Under the pieces are notes generated by a model. That model did no database searches. It was not told where the DNA came from and was given only the letters and a program-made list of their open reading frames with translations. The position numbers and the translations under genes are program-made. From assembly GCF_030028105.1 (NCBI RefSeq), contig NC_092379.1, positions 21,739,309 through 21,803,308 on the forward strand: a DNA stretch of 64,000 nt, read 5' to 3'. Source of the DNA: Mobula birostris. Its lineage: Eukaryota. This document shows positions 25,140-36,973 of the stretch, one piece after another (within the stretch, counting starts at the first letter, position 1; each line of letters starts with the position of its first letter).

Positions 25140-26836
25140 GTTCTTCCGTGGTGTCTCAGGAAGGCAGAGTCCATTATTAAAGACCTGCAGCACCCAGGGC
25201 TTGCACTTTTCTCACTGCGATCAGAGTCATAGTCATAGTCATACTTTATTGATCCCGGGGGAAATTGGTTTTCATTACAGATGCACCATAAATAATAAAT
25301 AGTAATAGAACCATAAATAGTTAAATAGTAATATGTAAATTATGCCAGTAAATTATTAAATGTCCAGGACCAGCCTATCGGCTCAGGGTTTCTGACCCTC
25401 CAAGGGAGGAGTAGTAAAGTTTGATGGCCACAGGCAGGAATGACTTCCTGTGATGCTCTGTGCTGCATCTCGGAGGAATGAGTCTCTGGCTGAATGTACT
25501 CCTGTGCCCACCCAGTACATTATGTAGTGGATGGGAGACATTGACCAAGATAGCATGCAACTTAGACAGCATCCTCTTTTCAGACACCACTGTGAGAGAG
25601 TCCAGTTCCATCCCCACAACATCACTGGCCTTACGAAAGAGTTTGTTGATTCTGTTGGTGTCTGCTACCCTCAGCCTGCTGACCCAGCACACAACAGCAA
25701 ACATGATAGCACTGGCCACCACAGACTCGTAGAACATCCTCAGCAAAGTCCGGCAGATGTTAAAGGACCTCAGTCTCCTCAGGAAATAGAGACGGCTCTG
25801 ACCCTTCTTGTAGACAGCCTCAGTGTTCTTAGACCGGTCCAGTTTATTGTCAATTCGTATCCACAGGTATTTGTAATCCTCCACCATGTTCACTCTGACC
25901 CCCTGGATGGAAACAGGGGTCACCAGTACCTTATCTCACCTCAGGTCTGCCACCAGCTCCTTAGTCTTTTTCACATTAAGCTGCAGATAATTCTGCTCAC
26001 ACCTTGTGACAAAGTTTCCTACTGTAGACCTGTACTCAACCTCATCTCCCTTGCTGATGCATCCAACTATGGCAGAGTCATCGGAAAACTTCTGAAGATG
26101 ACAAGACTCTGTGTGGTAGTTGAAGTCCGAGGTATAAATGGTGAAGAGAAAGGGAGACAAGACAGTCCCCTGTGGAGCCCCAGTGCTGCTGATCACCCTG
26201 TTGGACACACATTGTTGCAAGCACATGTACTGTGGTCTGCCAGTCAGCTAATCAAGAATCCATGATACCAGGGAAGCATCCACCTGCATCGCTGTCAGCT
26301 TCTCCCCCAGCAGAGCAGGGCAGATGGTGTTGAACGCACCGGAGAAGTCAAAAAACATGACCCCCACAGTGCTCGCTGGCTTGTCCAGGTGGGCGTAGAC
26401 ACGGTTCAGCAGGTAGACGATGGCATCCTCAACTCCTAGTCAGGGCTGGTAGGCGAACTGGAGGGGATCTGAGTGTGGCCTGACCATAGGCCGGAGCAGC
26501 TGTCATCAGGTAGGAGATACAGAAGCCTGAAGGCGCACACTCAGCGATCAGGAACAGCTTCTTCCACTCTGCCATCCGATTCCTAAATGGACATTGAAGC
26601 TTTGGACACTACCTCACATTTTTCATATACAGTATTTTTGTTTTTGCGCATTTTTTAATAATCTATTCAATATACGTAATTGATTTACTTGTTTGTTTAT
26701 TATGTTTTCTTTTATTTATTATTATATTTTTTCTCTCTCTGCTAGATTATGTATTGCATTGAACTGCTGCTGTGAAGATAACAAGTCTCACGTCACATGC
26801 TGGTGATAACAAACCCGATTCTGATTCTGATTCTGA
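25140..26836 (+). mobile_element. Rex1/Babar-type LINE 3' end with (ATTCTG)n tail, interrupted in copy A; uninterrupted paralog ~45299-45706
   Basis: KAESIIKDLQHPGLALFSL / GRRYRSLKAHTQR..NSFF; tail gattctgattctgattctga ends at 26836. Confidence 0.85.
25225..26500 (-). mobile_element. Second Rex1/Babar family, 1.27 kb 3' fragment present only in copy A
   Basis: [42 protein letters not shown]; (ATGACT)n tail; empty site ttctcactgttatcatcagg at ~45360-45380. Confidence 0.9.
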
Positions 26837-28440
26837 ACCGGAGGTGATCAGGGAGTTTAAGGTAAAGAACCCTTAGGAACTAGTGATCACAATGTGATTG
26901 AGATCAACTTGAAATTGGATAGGGAGAAAGTAAAGTCTGACATAGCAATATTTCAGTGGAGTAGGGGAAATTACAGTGGTATGAGGAGTTCACCAATATA
27001 AATTGGAAAGAGCTGCGAGCAGGGATGTCAGCAGAGCAGCAATGCCATGTGTCTCTGGGAAAAGTGAGGAAGGTGCAGGACATGTGTATTCCAAATATGA
27101 AGAAATACTCAAATGGTAAAATAGTACAACTGTGGCTGACGAGGGAATTCAAAGCTGATGTAAAAACAAAAGAGAGGGCATACAACAAAGCGAAATGATT
27201 GGGAAGACAGAGGATTGAGAAGTTTTTAAAAACCTACAGAGAACAATGAAAAGAATCATTAGAAGGGAAAAGATAAAATATAAAAGCAAGCTAAAAATAA
27301 TATCAAAGTGGATAACAAAAGCTTTTTGTAGTATGTAGAAATTAAAAGAGAAATGAGAGTGGAAACAGGACTGCTACAAAATGAGGCAGGAGAAATAATA
27401 ATGGGGAACAAGGAGATGGCAGATGAATTACAAGAAAATTTTGCATCAGTCTTCACTGTGGAAGACACCAGCAGTATGCCTGATGTTGTAGTGTGGGATG
27501 GAAGAGAAGTGGGTGCTGTTACTATTACAAGGGAGAAGGCTGAAGACCTAAAAGATCATAAATCACCCAGACCAGAGAAACTGCACCCTAGCATTCTGAA
27601 AGAGGTTGCATTAGAGATTGTGGTGGCAGTGGAAATGATGCTTCGAAAATCATTGGACTCTGACAAGGTGCCAGAGGACTGGAAAATTGCAAATATCATT
27701 CCACTCTTTAAGAAAGGAGGAAGGCAGCTGAAAGGAAATTATAGACAAGTTAGACTGACCTCAATGATTGGGAGGATGTTCGAGTCAATTGTTAAGGACG
27801 AGGTGACGGAGTACTCGGTGACCCAGGACAAGATAGGACAAAGTCGGCACGGTTTCCATCAGGGAAAACCCTGCCTGACGAACCTGTTGGAATTATTTGA
27901 GGAGATTACAAGTAGGATCGATAAAGGGGATGAAGTGGATGTTGTATATTTGGACTTTCAGAAGGCCTTTGACAAGGTGCCACACATAAGGCTGCTTAGC
28001 AAGTTAAGAGCCCATGGTATTTCAGGAACGTTACTAGGATGGGTAGAGCATTGGCTGATTGGAAGAAGTCAGCGAGTGGGAACAGAAGGATCCTTGGCTG
28101 GTTGGCTGCCAGTGACTAGTGGTGTTCCACAGGGGCAGTGTTGGGCCTACATTTTTTATGCTGTATATAAATGATTTAGATAATGAAACAGATGGCTTTG
28201 TTGCCAAGTTTGCAGATGATACAAAGACTGGTGGAGGAACAGGTAGTGTTGAGGAAACTAGTATGATGAAGAAGGACAGACGGATTTGGGGAATGGGCGA
28301 GAAAGTGGCCAATGAAATATAATGGAGGAAAATGAATGATCATGCACTTTGGTTGGAGAAATAAATGTGTGGAGTATTTTCTAAACAGGGAGAAAATCCA
28401 AAAATCTGAGATGAAAGGGACTTGTGAGGCCTTTTGCAGA
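26837..28440 (+). mobile_element. CR1 LINE internal fragment with deletions; paralog ~45707-47295
   Basis: ORF 27353..28174: PEDWKIANIIPLFKKG, YLDFQKAFDKVPH, TSGVPQG. Confidence 0.9.
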
Positions 28441-28446
28441 AGACCC

Positions 28447-29220
28447 TATAACCATATAACAATTACAGCACTGAAACAGGCCATCTCGGCCCTCCTAGTC
28501 CGTGCCGAACGCTTATTCTCACCTAGTCCCACCGACCTGCACTCAGCCCATAAACCTTTCCTTTCCTGTCCATATACCTATCCAATTTTTCTTTAAATGA
28601 CAATATCGAACCTGCCTCTACCACTTCTACTGGAAGCTCATTCCACACGGCCACCACTCTCTGAGTAAAGAAGTTCCCCTTTGTGTTACCCCTAAACTTT
28701 TGCCCCTAACTCTCAACTCATGTCCTCTTGTTTGAATCTCCCCTACTCTCAATGGAGAAAGCTTATCCACGTCAACTCTATCTGTCCCACTCATAATTTT
28801 AAATACCTCTATCAAGTCCCCCCTCAACCTTCTACGCTCCAAAGAATAAAGACCTAACTTGTCCAACCTTTCTCTGTAACTCAGGTGCTGAAATCCAGGT
28901 AACATTCTACTAACTCTTCTCTGGACCCTCTCCATTTTGTTGACATCTTTTCTGTAATTCGGTGACCAGAACTGTACACAAGACTCTAAATTTGGCCTTA
29001 CCAATGCCTTGTACAATTTAACATTTCATCCCATCTCCTATACTCAATGCTCTGATTTATAAAGGCCAGCATACCAAAAGCTTTCTTCACCACCCTATCC
29101 ACATGAGATTCCACCTTCAGGGAACTATGCACCATTATTCCTGGATCACTCTGTTCTACTGGATTCTTCAGTACCGTACCATTTACCATGTATGTCCTAT
29201 TTTGATTAGTCCTTCCAAAA
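28447..29220 (-). mobile_element. CR1 LINE 3' fragment; paralog ~47305-47975
   Basis: LVRPNLESCVQFWSPNYRKD..LERRRLRGDLIEVFKI; accatataac-type tail. Confidence 0.9.
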
Positions 29221-29235
29221 TATAAAGGTAAACTT

Positions 29236-29950
29236 TCAAGTCAAATCGTCACTTTTTATTGTCATTTCGACCATAACTGCTGGTACAGTACACAGTTAAA
29301 ACAAGACAACCTTTTTCAGGACCATGGTGCTACATGAAACAATACAAAAACTGCAGTGAACTACGTAAAACAATGCAAAAACTACACTAGACTACAGACC
29401 TACCCAGGACTGCATAAAGTGCACAAAACAGTGCAGGCATTACAATAAATAATAAACAAGACAATAGGCACAGTAGAGGGCAGTAGGTTGGTGCCAGTCC
29501 AGGCTCTGGGTATTGAGGAGTCTGATGGCTTGGGGGAAGAAACTGTTACATAGTCTGGTCGTTAGAGCCTGAACGCTTCGGTGCCTTTTGCCAGATTACA
29601 GAAGGGAGAAGAGTTTGTATGAGGGATGCGTGTGGTCCTTCATAATGGTGTTTGCTTTACGGATGCAGCGCGTGGTGTAAATGTCTGTAATGGTGGGAAG
29701 GGAGATCCTGATGATCTTCTCAGCTGACCTCACTATCCGCTGCAGGGTCTTGCGATCCGAGATGATGCAACTTCCGAACCAGGTAGTGATGTAGCTGCTC
29801 AGGATGCTCTCAATACAACCTCTGTAGAATGTGGTGAGGATGGGGGCCGGGAGATGGACTTTTCTCAGCCTTCGCAGAAAGTAGAGACGCTGCTGGGCTT
29901 TCTTTGCTATGGAGCTGGTGTTGAGGGACCAGGTGAGTTTCTCCGCCAGG
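29236..29950 (-). mobile_element. Third Rex1/Babar-type family, 3' fragment; shorter paralog ~47985-48470
   Basis: Paralog translates RKANSIMKDHMHPSYKLFSLLQSGKR..TTRLCNSFFPQAIRLLN; caagtca-type tail. Confidence 0.8.
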
Positions 29951-30623
29951 ATGATTCGGTGGTGAGGAAAGCAAATGCAATGTTAACATTCATTTCAAGA
30001 GGTCCAGAAAACAAGAGCAGGGATGTGATGCTGAGGCATTATAAGGCACTGGTGAGGCCTCAACTTGAATATTGTGTACAGTTTTGGGCTCCTCATCTTA
30101 GAAGAGATGTGCTGGCATTGGAGAGGGTCCAGAGGAGGTTCACAAGGATGATTCCAGGAATGAAAGTGTCATAATATGAGGAGCATTTGATGCTTCTGTG
30201 TCTGTACTCGCTGGAATTCAGAAGGATGAGGGGGAATCTCATTGAAACCTGTTGAAAATTGAAAGGCCTGGACAGAGTAGATGTGGAAGGGCTGTTTCCC
30301 ATGGTGGGAGAGTCTAGGATAAGAGGGCACAGCTTCAGGATAGAAGAGCGTCCATTCAAAATAGAGATGCAGAAAAATTTCTTAAGCCAGAGGGTGACGA
30401 ATCTGTGGAATTTATTCCCACATGCAGCTGTGGAGGCCAGAACTTTGTGTGTATTTAAGGCAGAGATTGATAGGTTCTTGACTGGACATGATATCAAAGG
30501 TTGTGGGGAGAAGGCTGGGAACTGAGGTTGAGGAGGAGATAAAAAAAGGATCAGCCATAATTGAATGGTGGAGCAGACTAGATGGGCCAAATGGCCTAAT
30601 TCTGCTTCTATGTCTTCTGGTCT
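29951..30623 (+). mobile_element. CR1 LINE 3' fragment (absent from copy B)
   Basis: LVRPQLEYCVQFWAPHLRRD, NFLSQRVTNLWN, ttctatgtctt tail. Confidence 0.9.
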
Positions 30624-31102
30624 AAAATAAATCTCAGGGTAATATATGGCGTCATCTATGTACTCTGATTATAAATTTACTTTGAACTTTGGACTTTCAG
30701 AAGGCCTTTGTCAAGGTGCCACACATGAGGCTGCTTACCAACTTAAGAGCCCATGGTATGACCAGAACGATACAGAGAGTGGAGGATGAGAAAGAGACGG
30801 TGTTGTGGGTCAGGGAGATTAGGAGGCGGGAGGTAAGGGACAGAGGAGGGGAGCAGTTATTGGATGCTGAAGAAATCAATTCTAATGCTGTCAAGGTGTT
30901 GGCTCCCCTGGAGAATATCAGCACCCCCAGGACCCAACTGTTTACTGTGAAAAACTTTGCCTGGTTTGACTTCACAAACTGGAACATCTCATGCAGAGTC
31001 ATAGAGCATGGAAATAGGACTCTTGGCCCAACTGGTCAATGTGGACCAAGTTTCGCATCTAAGTTGCCCATTTACCAGTGCGTACCCCACATCCCTGTAA
31101 AG

Positions 31103-31181
31103 CAAGTGTTCCCAACCCTTTTATGCCATTGACCGATACCATTAAGCAAGGGGTCCATGTACCGAAGGTTAGGAACTCCTG
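31103..31181. mobile_element. 79 bp MITE with hAT-like terminal inverted repeats
   Basis: caagtgttcccaacc ... ggttaggaactcctg (imperfect 15 bp TIR); 8 bp flanks ctgtaaag/ctctgaat match only partly. Confidence 0.55.
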
Positions 31182-31420
31182 CTCTGAATCCTATCAATTC
31201 ATGTTCTTGTCCAAGTGTTTTTTTAGTGTTGTTCTTGTATCTGCCTCACCCACTTCATCAGGCAGCTGATTCCATATGCAGACCGTCCTCTGGTTGAAAA
31301 ACTTGTTCCTTCTGTTCCCATCAAATCTTTTAACTCTGTCCTGATAACTGCTCCCCCTTGGTAGGTGATGGGTGGGAGTGACAAAAGGCTGAAGATAATA
31401 AAATCTGATGGAAGATGAAG

Positions 31421-33511
31421 TGAGGCCTCAACAGTGTTTTATAAAGTCTCAACATTACATCCTGGTTTTAATATTCCAATTCTCTGGAAATGAATGCTAA
31501 CATCTCATTTACCTTCCTCACCACGGACTCAACTTGCAAATTAACCTTCAGAGAATACTGCTCATTGGCTCTCAATTCCTTTGTGCCTCAGAGTTTTGTA
31601 TGTTCTGTCCACTCAGTCAATAGTTAAAGCTTTAATTTCTTTTACCAAAGAGCATGACCATACAATTGCTGACACTGTATTCCATCTGTCACTTCTTTGC
31701 CCAGTCTGCTAATCTGCTTCAGTCTTTCTGTAGCCTCCCTAAAAACTACCTGCCCCTCCCCCATGACAAACTCGCCAATAATTTCCTTTCTTCTGTCTCT
31801 CTCCCTTCTTGAAGAGTGGAGTGACATTTGCAATTTTCCAGTCCTCCATTCCAGAATCCAGTGCTTCTTGAAAGATCATTACTAATGCCTCTATATTGTC
31901 TTCAGCCACCTCTTTCTGAATGTTGTGGTGTGTACCATCTGCTCCAGGTGACTCATCTACCTCAGTTTCTCAAGAATCTTCTCCATGGTAATGGTAGCAC
32001 ACTTCATGACCCCTGACACCTGGAACTTCTACCATGCTGATTGTGTCTTCCACAGTGAAGACTGATGAAATGTATTTATTCAGTTCTTTGGCCATTTCCT
32101 TGTCCCTCATTACCACCCTCCCAGCATCGTTTTCCAGTGGGCCGATATGACCTCTCACCTCTCTTTTACACTTCATATATCTGAAGAGACTGTTGGTATC
32201 CTCATTAATATTATTGGCTATCTAACTTTCGTATTCCACCTTTACCTTCTTACAGACTCTTTCAGTTACCTGATGCTGGTTCTCAAAAGCTTCCCATTCC
32301 TCCAGCTGTCGTGGCCTTTGTCCGTGAAGTCTGCATTCCAGTTCACGGTCTGTTCAATCGATCCATATTCCGGGTTTTCCCTGTTTTCCCCAGTTCTATT
32401 GGGTGCCTTAACTGAGGCACCTGATTCTCGTTTTGGGCTGGCACATAAATACCTCTCAAACCAAGAATTCCCTACTGGACTGTTCCCTTCCCCTTCCTTC
32501 TGAAGCCCTGCCTGCATCCCCGTCAAGTTCAACTGCCAGAGTGAGACCGGAGCCTTGTCATGCCAAGATAAGGAACTATTTATTGTTGAGTTTGGAACTA
32601 TCTCTTTGTGTCCCCGTGTTTTGTGTCTGTGTCAAAGAAGAGTCCCGGCCCTTGGTACTGTTCCCAAGGAGGGGTCCCGGCTCTGTGTTCTGTGTTCCAA
32701 GTTCCAGGCGCTGTTTTTCAGTCCTGTCCAAGTCCAGGCTTCGTGTTCTCATCCAGTCCAGGAGTCCCTTGGCAGTTTACCTTGGCAGTTCCCTTGGCAA
32801 GTATCCTCAGCAGAAAGGGTCCCGGCCCCGCGTCCCAGAGCCTAACAAAGCCGAGTCCAAGAGCCGAGCCAGAACTAGTCCAAGAGCCATGTCCTGCCCT
32901 GGAGTACCTCACGTCCAAGGCTCTGAGTGTCCAGTTGAAGTCCAATGCTCTGTGTTCCAAGACCAAGCCTGGTCCAAATCTGAGCTTTGTGTCCTCAACT
33001 AGTTCTGGTTCCTCAGCCAGCCCAGGGGTTCCTCACCCACCATTGGGGTACCTCGTCCTGACCTGTAGCCACGTCCTGCCCTTGCCAAGATCCTAGTCCC
33101 GAATCCTAGCCCAGACCCGGGTTCCAGTTCTGAGTTCAAGTCCAAACCAAGACCCAGGTTCCGGGTCCTTGTCCAGGTTCTGGTTCCGGAGTTCCGTGTT
33201 CCTAGTCCAGGCTCCTCGTTCCAAGTTCCCTGTCCGGGTCCTGTGTTTCTAGTCCAAGTCCCAGCCCTGGCCCTGAACCCTAGACTCATCCAGGGACTGT
33301 GTCAATTTCAAGCATTGTCTCTTCCTTACTCACCTTCCTATCTCGATAAACCTAGTCCCTGTGTTGCTTTTGGGTCCGCCATCCCTGCCCAGCTTATAAC
33401 ACTAACTTCCCAATAATTTCTGCTCAGTTATATGCCCTCTCTTTGGTTTTATGTTGGCCTTGACTTTCCTTGTTCGGCATGGCTGAGTCACCTTGCCTTT
33501 AGAATACTTTT
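31421..33511 (-). mobile_element. CR1 LINE fragments with deletions, carrying a solo LTR; paralog ~48550-51240
   Basis: GPLENDAGRVVMRDKEMAKELNKY.SSVFTVED; paralog continues into EN remnants and ORF1 esterase (RTSRVVIIGLLPEP). Confidence 0.85.
32307..33401 (+). repeat. Solo LTR (~1.1 kb) with internal ctagtccaag-type repeats, inserted in CR1
   Basis: TG...CA (tgtcgtgg...ttataaca); 5 bp TSD ccagc/ctaac (ccaac/ctaac in paralog); CR1 resumes on both sides. Confidence 0.8.
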
Positions 33512-33563
33512 CAAAGTTGCTGGTCAATGCAGCAGGCCAGGCAGCATCTTTAGGAAGAGGTGT

Positions 33564-33599
33564 AGTCGACGTTTCAGGCCGAGACCCTTCGTCAGGACT
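33564..33599 (-). ncRNA. Minimal type I hammerhead ribozyme motif, intact core
   Basis: agtc CTGACGA a gggtctcggcct GAAAC GTC gact. Confidence 0.85.
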
Positions 33600-34593
33600 A
33601 ACTGAAGGAAGAGTGAGTAAGAGATTTGAAAGTGGGAGGGGGAGGGGGAGATCCAAAATGATAGGAGAAGACAGGAGGGGGATGGATGGAGCCAGGAGCT
33701 GGACAGGTGATTGGCAAAAGGGATACGAGAGGATCATGGGTCAGGAGGTCCGGGAAGCAAGAGAAGGCGGGGGGAACCCAGAGGATGGGCAAGGGGTATA
33801 TTCAGAGGGACAGAGGGAGAAAAAGGAGAGTGAGAGAAAGAATGTGTGTATAAAAATAAGTAACAGATGGGGTTCGAGGGGGAGGTGGGGCATTAGCGGA
33901 AGTTAGAGAAGTCGATGTTCATGCCATCAGGTTGGAGGCTACCCAGACGGAATATAAGGTGTTGTTCCTCCAACCTGAGTGTGGCTTCATCTTTACAGTA
34001 GAGGAGGCCGTGGATAGACATGTCAGAATGGGAATGGGATGTGGAATTAAAATGTGTGGTCACTGGGAGATCCTGCGTTCTCTGGCGGACAGAGCGTAGG
34101 TGTTCAGCAAAGCGGTCTCCCAGTCTGCGTCGGGTCTCGCCAATATATAAGAGGCCACATCGGGAGCTTCGGACGCAGCAACTTTGATGTGTGTTGCTTA
34201 AATTTACAGCATCTGCAGAATTCCTGTTGTTACCAGCAACCTTGATGTGTGTTGCTTAAAATTACAGCATCTGCAGAATTCCTGTTGTTCTGATGGCATG
34301 AACATCGACTTCTCTAACTTCCGCTAATGCCCCACCTCCCCCTCGTACCCCATCTGTTACTTATTTTTATTCACACATTCTTTCTCTCACTCTCCTTTTT
34401 CTCCCTCTGTCCCTCTGAATATACCCCTTGCCCATCCTCTGGGTTCCCCCCCCGACCTGTCCTCTCGTATCCCTTTTACCAAATACCTGTCCAGCTCCTG
34501 GCTCCATCCCTCCCCCTCCTGTCTTCTCCTATCATTTTCGATCTCCCCCTCCCCCTCCCACTTTCAAATCCCTTACTCACTCTTCCTTCAGTT

Positions 34594-34629
34594 AGTCCTG
34601 ACGAAGGGTCTCGGCCTGAAACGTCGACT
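34594..34629 (+). ncRNA. Minimal type I hammerhead ribozyme motif, intact core
   Basis: agtc CTGACGA a gggtctcggcct GAAAC GTC gact; identical to the copy at 33564-33599. Confidence 0.85.
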
Positions 34630-34692
34630 GCACCTCTCCCTAGAGATACTGCCTGGCCTGCTGCGTTCAGCAGCATCTTTGATGTGTGTTGC

Positions 34693-36207
34693 AAATATTT
34701 TCCATCAGTCTTCACTGTGGAAGGCACGAGCAGTATGGTGGAACTTCGAGAGTGTCGGGAGCAGGAGTGGGTGATGCTCCCGTTACTTGGCTGAAGAGAC
34801 TTTGGAGGCATGAGTAATGATCTTTCACGAATCAATAGATTCTGGAATAATTCTGGAAGACTGGAAATTTCCAAAAGTCACTCCACTTTTCAAGAAGCAA
34901 AGAGGCAGAAGAAAGGAAATTGTAGGCCAGTTATTCTGACCTCAGGGGTTGGGAAGAAATTGGAGTCGATTGCGAAGGTTGTGGTTTCCAGATACTTGGA
35001 GGCACTTGATAAAATAGGCTGTAGTCAGCATGGTTTTCTCAAGCAACACCTTGCCTTCGAAATTTGTTGGAATTCTTTGAAGAAATATCAAGTAGAACAG
35101 ACAAAGAAGAATTGGTGGATATTGTGTACTTGGATTTTCAGAAGGGCTTTGACAAGTTGCTGCACATGAGGCTGCTTAACAAGTTAAGCGATCAAGATAT
35201 TACAGCAAAGACACTGGCACGGATAAAGTGGCTGATTGATATGAGGCAAAGAATGGGAATAAAGGGAGCCTTTTCTGTTTGGCTGCCGATGACTAGTGGT
35301 GGGACTGCTCCCTTTAACATAAAATGTCAGAGTCTTGGGTGACAGGATTGGTGGCTTTGTTGCAATGTTTGCACATGATACAAGATGGGTGGAGGGGCAG
35401 GTAGTTTTGAGGAAGTACAGAGGCTACAGAAGGACGAAGCCAGATTGGCAGAATGGGCAATGAACTGGCAGATGGAATACAACGTTCGGTATTGAACGGT
35501 CATGCACTTTGCTAGAAGAAATAAAAGGACATACAATTTTCTAAATGGACAGAAAATTGAAAAATCTGAGGTGCAAATGAACTTGGGAGTCATTGTGTGG
35601 GCTTCCCTAAAGGTTAATTTGCAGGTTGAGTGGGTGGTGAGGAAGGCAAAAGTGATGTCAGCATTCATTTGAAGAGGACTACAAGATAAAAGCAAGGATG
35701 TAATGTTGAGGCTTTACAAAGCACTGGTGAGGCCTAACGGAGTACTGTGAGCAATTTTGGGCCCCTTATCTGAGAAAAAATGTGCTGACATAGTGGGGAG
35801 TTCAAAGGAGATTCTCAAAAATGATTCTGGGATTGAAAGGCTTGTCACATGATGAGCATTTCACGTGCTCACTGGAATTCAGAAGAATGAGGGGTGACCT
35901 TATTGAAACCGATCAAATGTTGAAAAGCCATGTTAAGAGTGGATGTGGAGAGGATGTTTCCCATGACTGGAGAGTCTAAGACCAGATGATACAGCCTCAG
36001 AAAATAGGGGTTTATTTTAGAAGATGAATTCACTGCCACAGGCGGCTGTGGAGGCCAAGTCTCGGCATATTCAAGGTAGAGGTTGATAGATTCTTGATTA
36101 ATCAGGGTATGAAGAGACATGGGTAGCAGACAGACAATTGGGGCTGAGAGGGAAAATGGATCAGCCATGATAAAATGGCGAAACAGACTCGATGGGCCAA
36201 ATGGCCT
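34693..36207 (+). mobile_element. CR1 LINE RT and 3' region, degenerate; inverted paralog ~54520-56275
   Basis: VDIVYLDFQKGFDKL.HMRLL, RMRGDLIET; 3'UTR gatgggccaaatggcc. Confidence 0.88.
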
Positions 36208-36372
36208 TGGGGTAGATTAGGATTAGTGAGCAAGGCTCTGTGTGTGAGAGATTATGTCTCATGGATTTCCTCTGTTTAGTCCTGCTCCACCTTCCATAAG
36301 ACCATAAGGTTTCTCTCTTTCTGTTCCCATTAGTTCATTCCTCATCTATTAGGGCATAGTAGTTTAGTAGGA

Positions 36373-36973
36373 ATGGCTCCAGGGGCAGTATTTTGCACTC
36401 TGTGTGGGATGTGGGAAGTCTGGGAGACTCCAGTCTCCCACGTGAACACATCTGCTCCAGGTGCACTGAGTTGCAGCAACTGAGAGAATGTATTGAGGAA
36501 TTATAGCTGCAGCTCAATGACCTTCAACTCATACGGGAAAATGAGGAGGTGATCAACAGGAGGTACAAGGAAGTAGTTACCCTTAGTATGGGGAAGACAA
36601 ATAACTGGGCGAATGTCAGGCAAAGAAGGGGAAATGGACAGTTTCTGCAGAGAACACCTGTGGCTGTTCTCCTCAATAATAAGTATTTAACTTCAGATAA
36701 TATTGGGGGGCTGACCTGCCAGCGGGGAGCCAGAGGAACCGGGTCTCTGGCACTGATCTCGTGATGGGGCGCAGAAAAGCAGAGAGGTGAAGAGGAATGC
36801 AGTGATGATAGGAGATTCCTCAGACAGCGGGACAGAGACGAGGTTCTGTGGGCACGATTGAATGTCCCAGGCTGCAACTATCAGGACTGCTAAGACCGTC
36901 CAGTATCGGGAGGACTGTGACGGTATCAGTCACTACTCCCAATCCCATTGATTCATCGGTCAGTTCAACATCC
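36373..36973 (+). mobile_element. CR1 ORF1 fragment (zinc finger, coiled coil, start of esterase); inverted paralog ~54050-54365
   Basis: ATG 36373 MAPGAVFCTLCGMWEV; HICSRCTELQQL; TPVAVLLNNKY; AVMIGDS. Confidence 0.75.

Larger units (their letters stand above)
20973..33511 (+). repeat. Direct segmental duplication, copy A (copy B ~38724-50688)
   Basis: Colinear matches of unique and repeat DNA, e.g. cttcattaggcattgaattcacagag (~20980/38735), ccttccggtttctatccttgccgcc (23181/43351), solo LTR (32307/49437); paired ORFs 23526/43723, 24568/44745, 27353/46224, 31970/49100. Confidence 0.95.
33512..34692. mobile_element. Composite PLE insertion: minus 3' fragment (33512-34175), two tandem tail copies (34176-34289), plus 3' fragment (34290-34692)
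   Basis: Arms are inverted copies of the same 3'UTR/HHR over ~400 bp; GIY-YIG sequence in the minus arm. Confidence 0.9.

Noticed and set aside
25531-26265. 244 aa plus ORF
   Set aside because: Antisense shadow of the Rex1 RT on minus.
32433-33289. Long Ser/Pro/Gly-rich ORFs (also 49737-50466)
   Set aside because: They lie within TG..CA solo LTRs with TSDs and arise from internal short repeats; frames are not conserved between copies.
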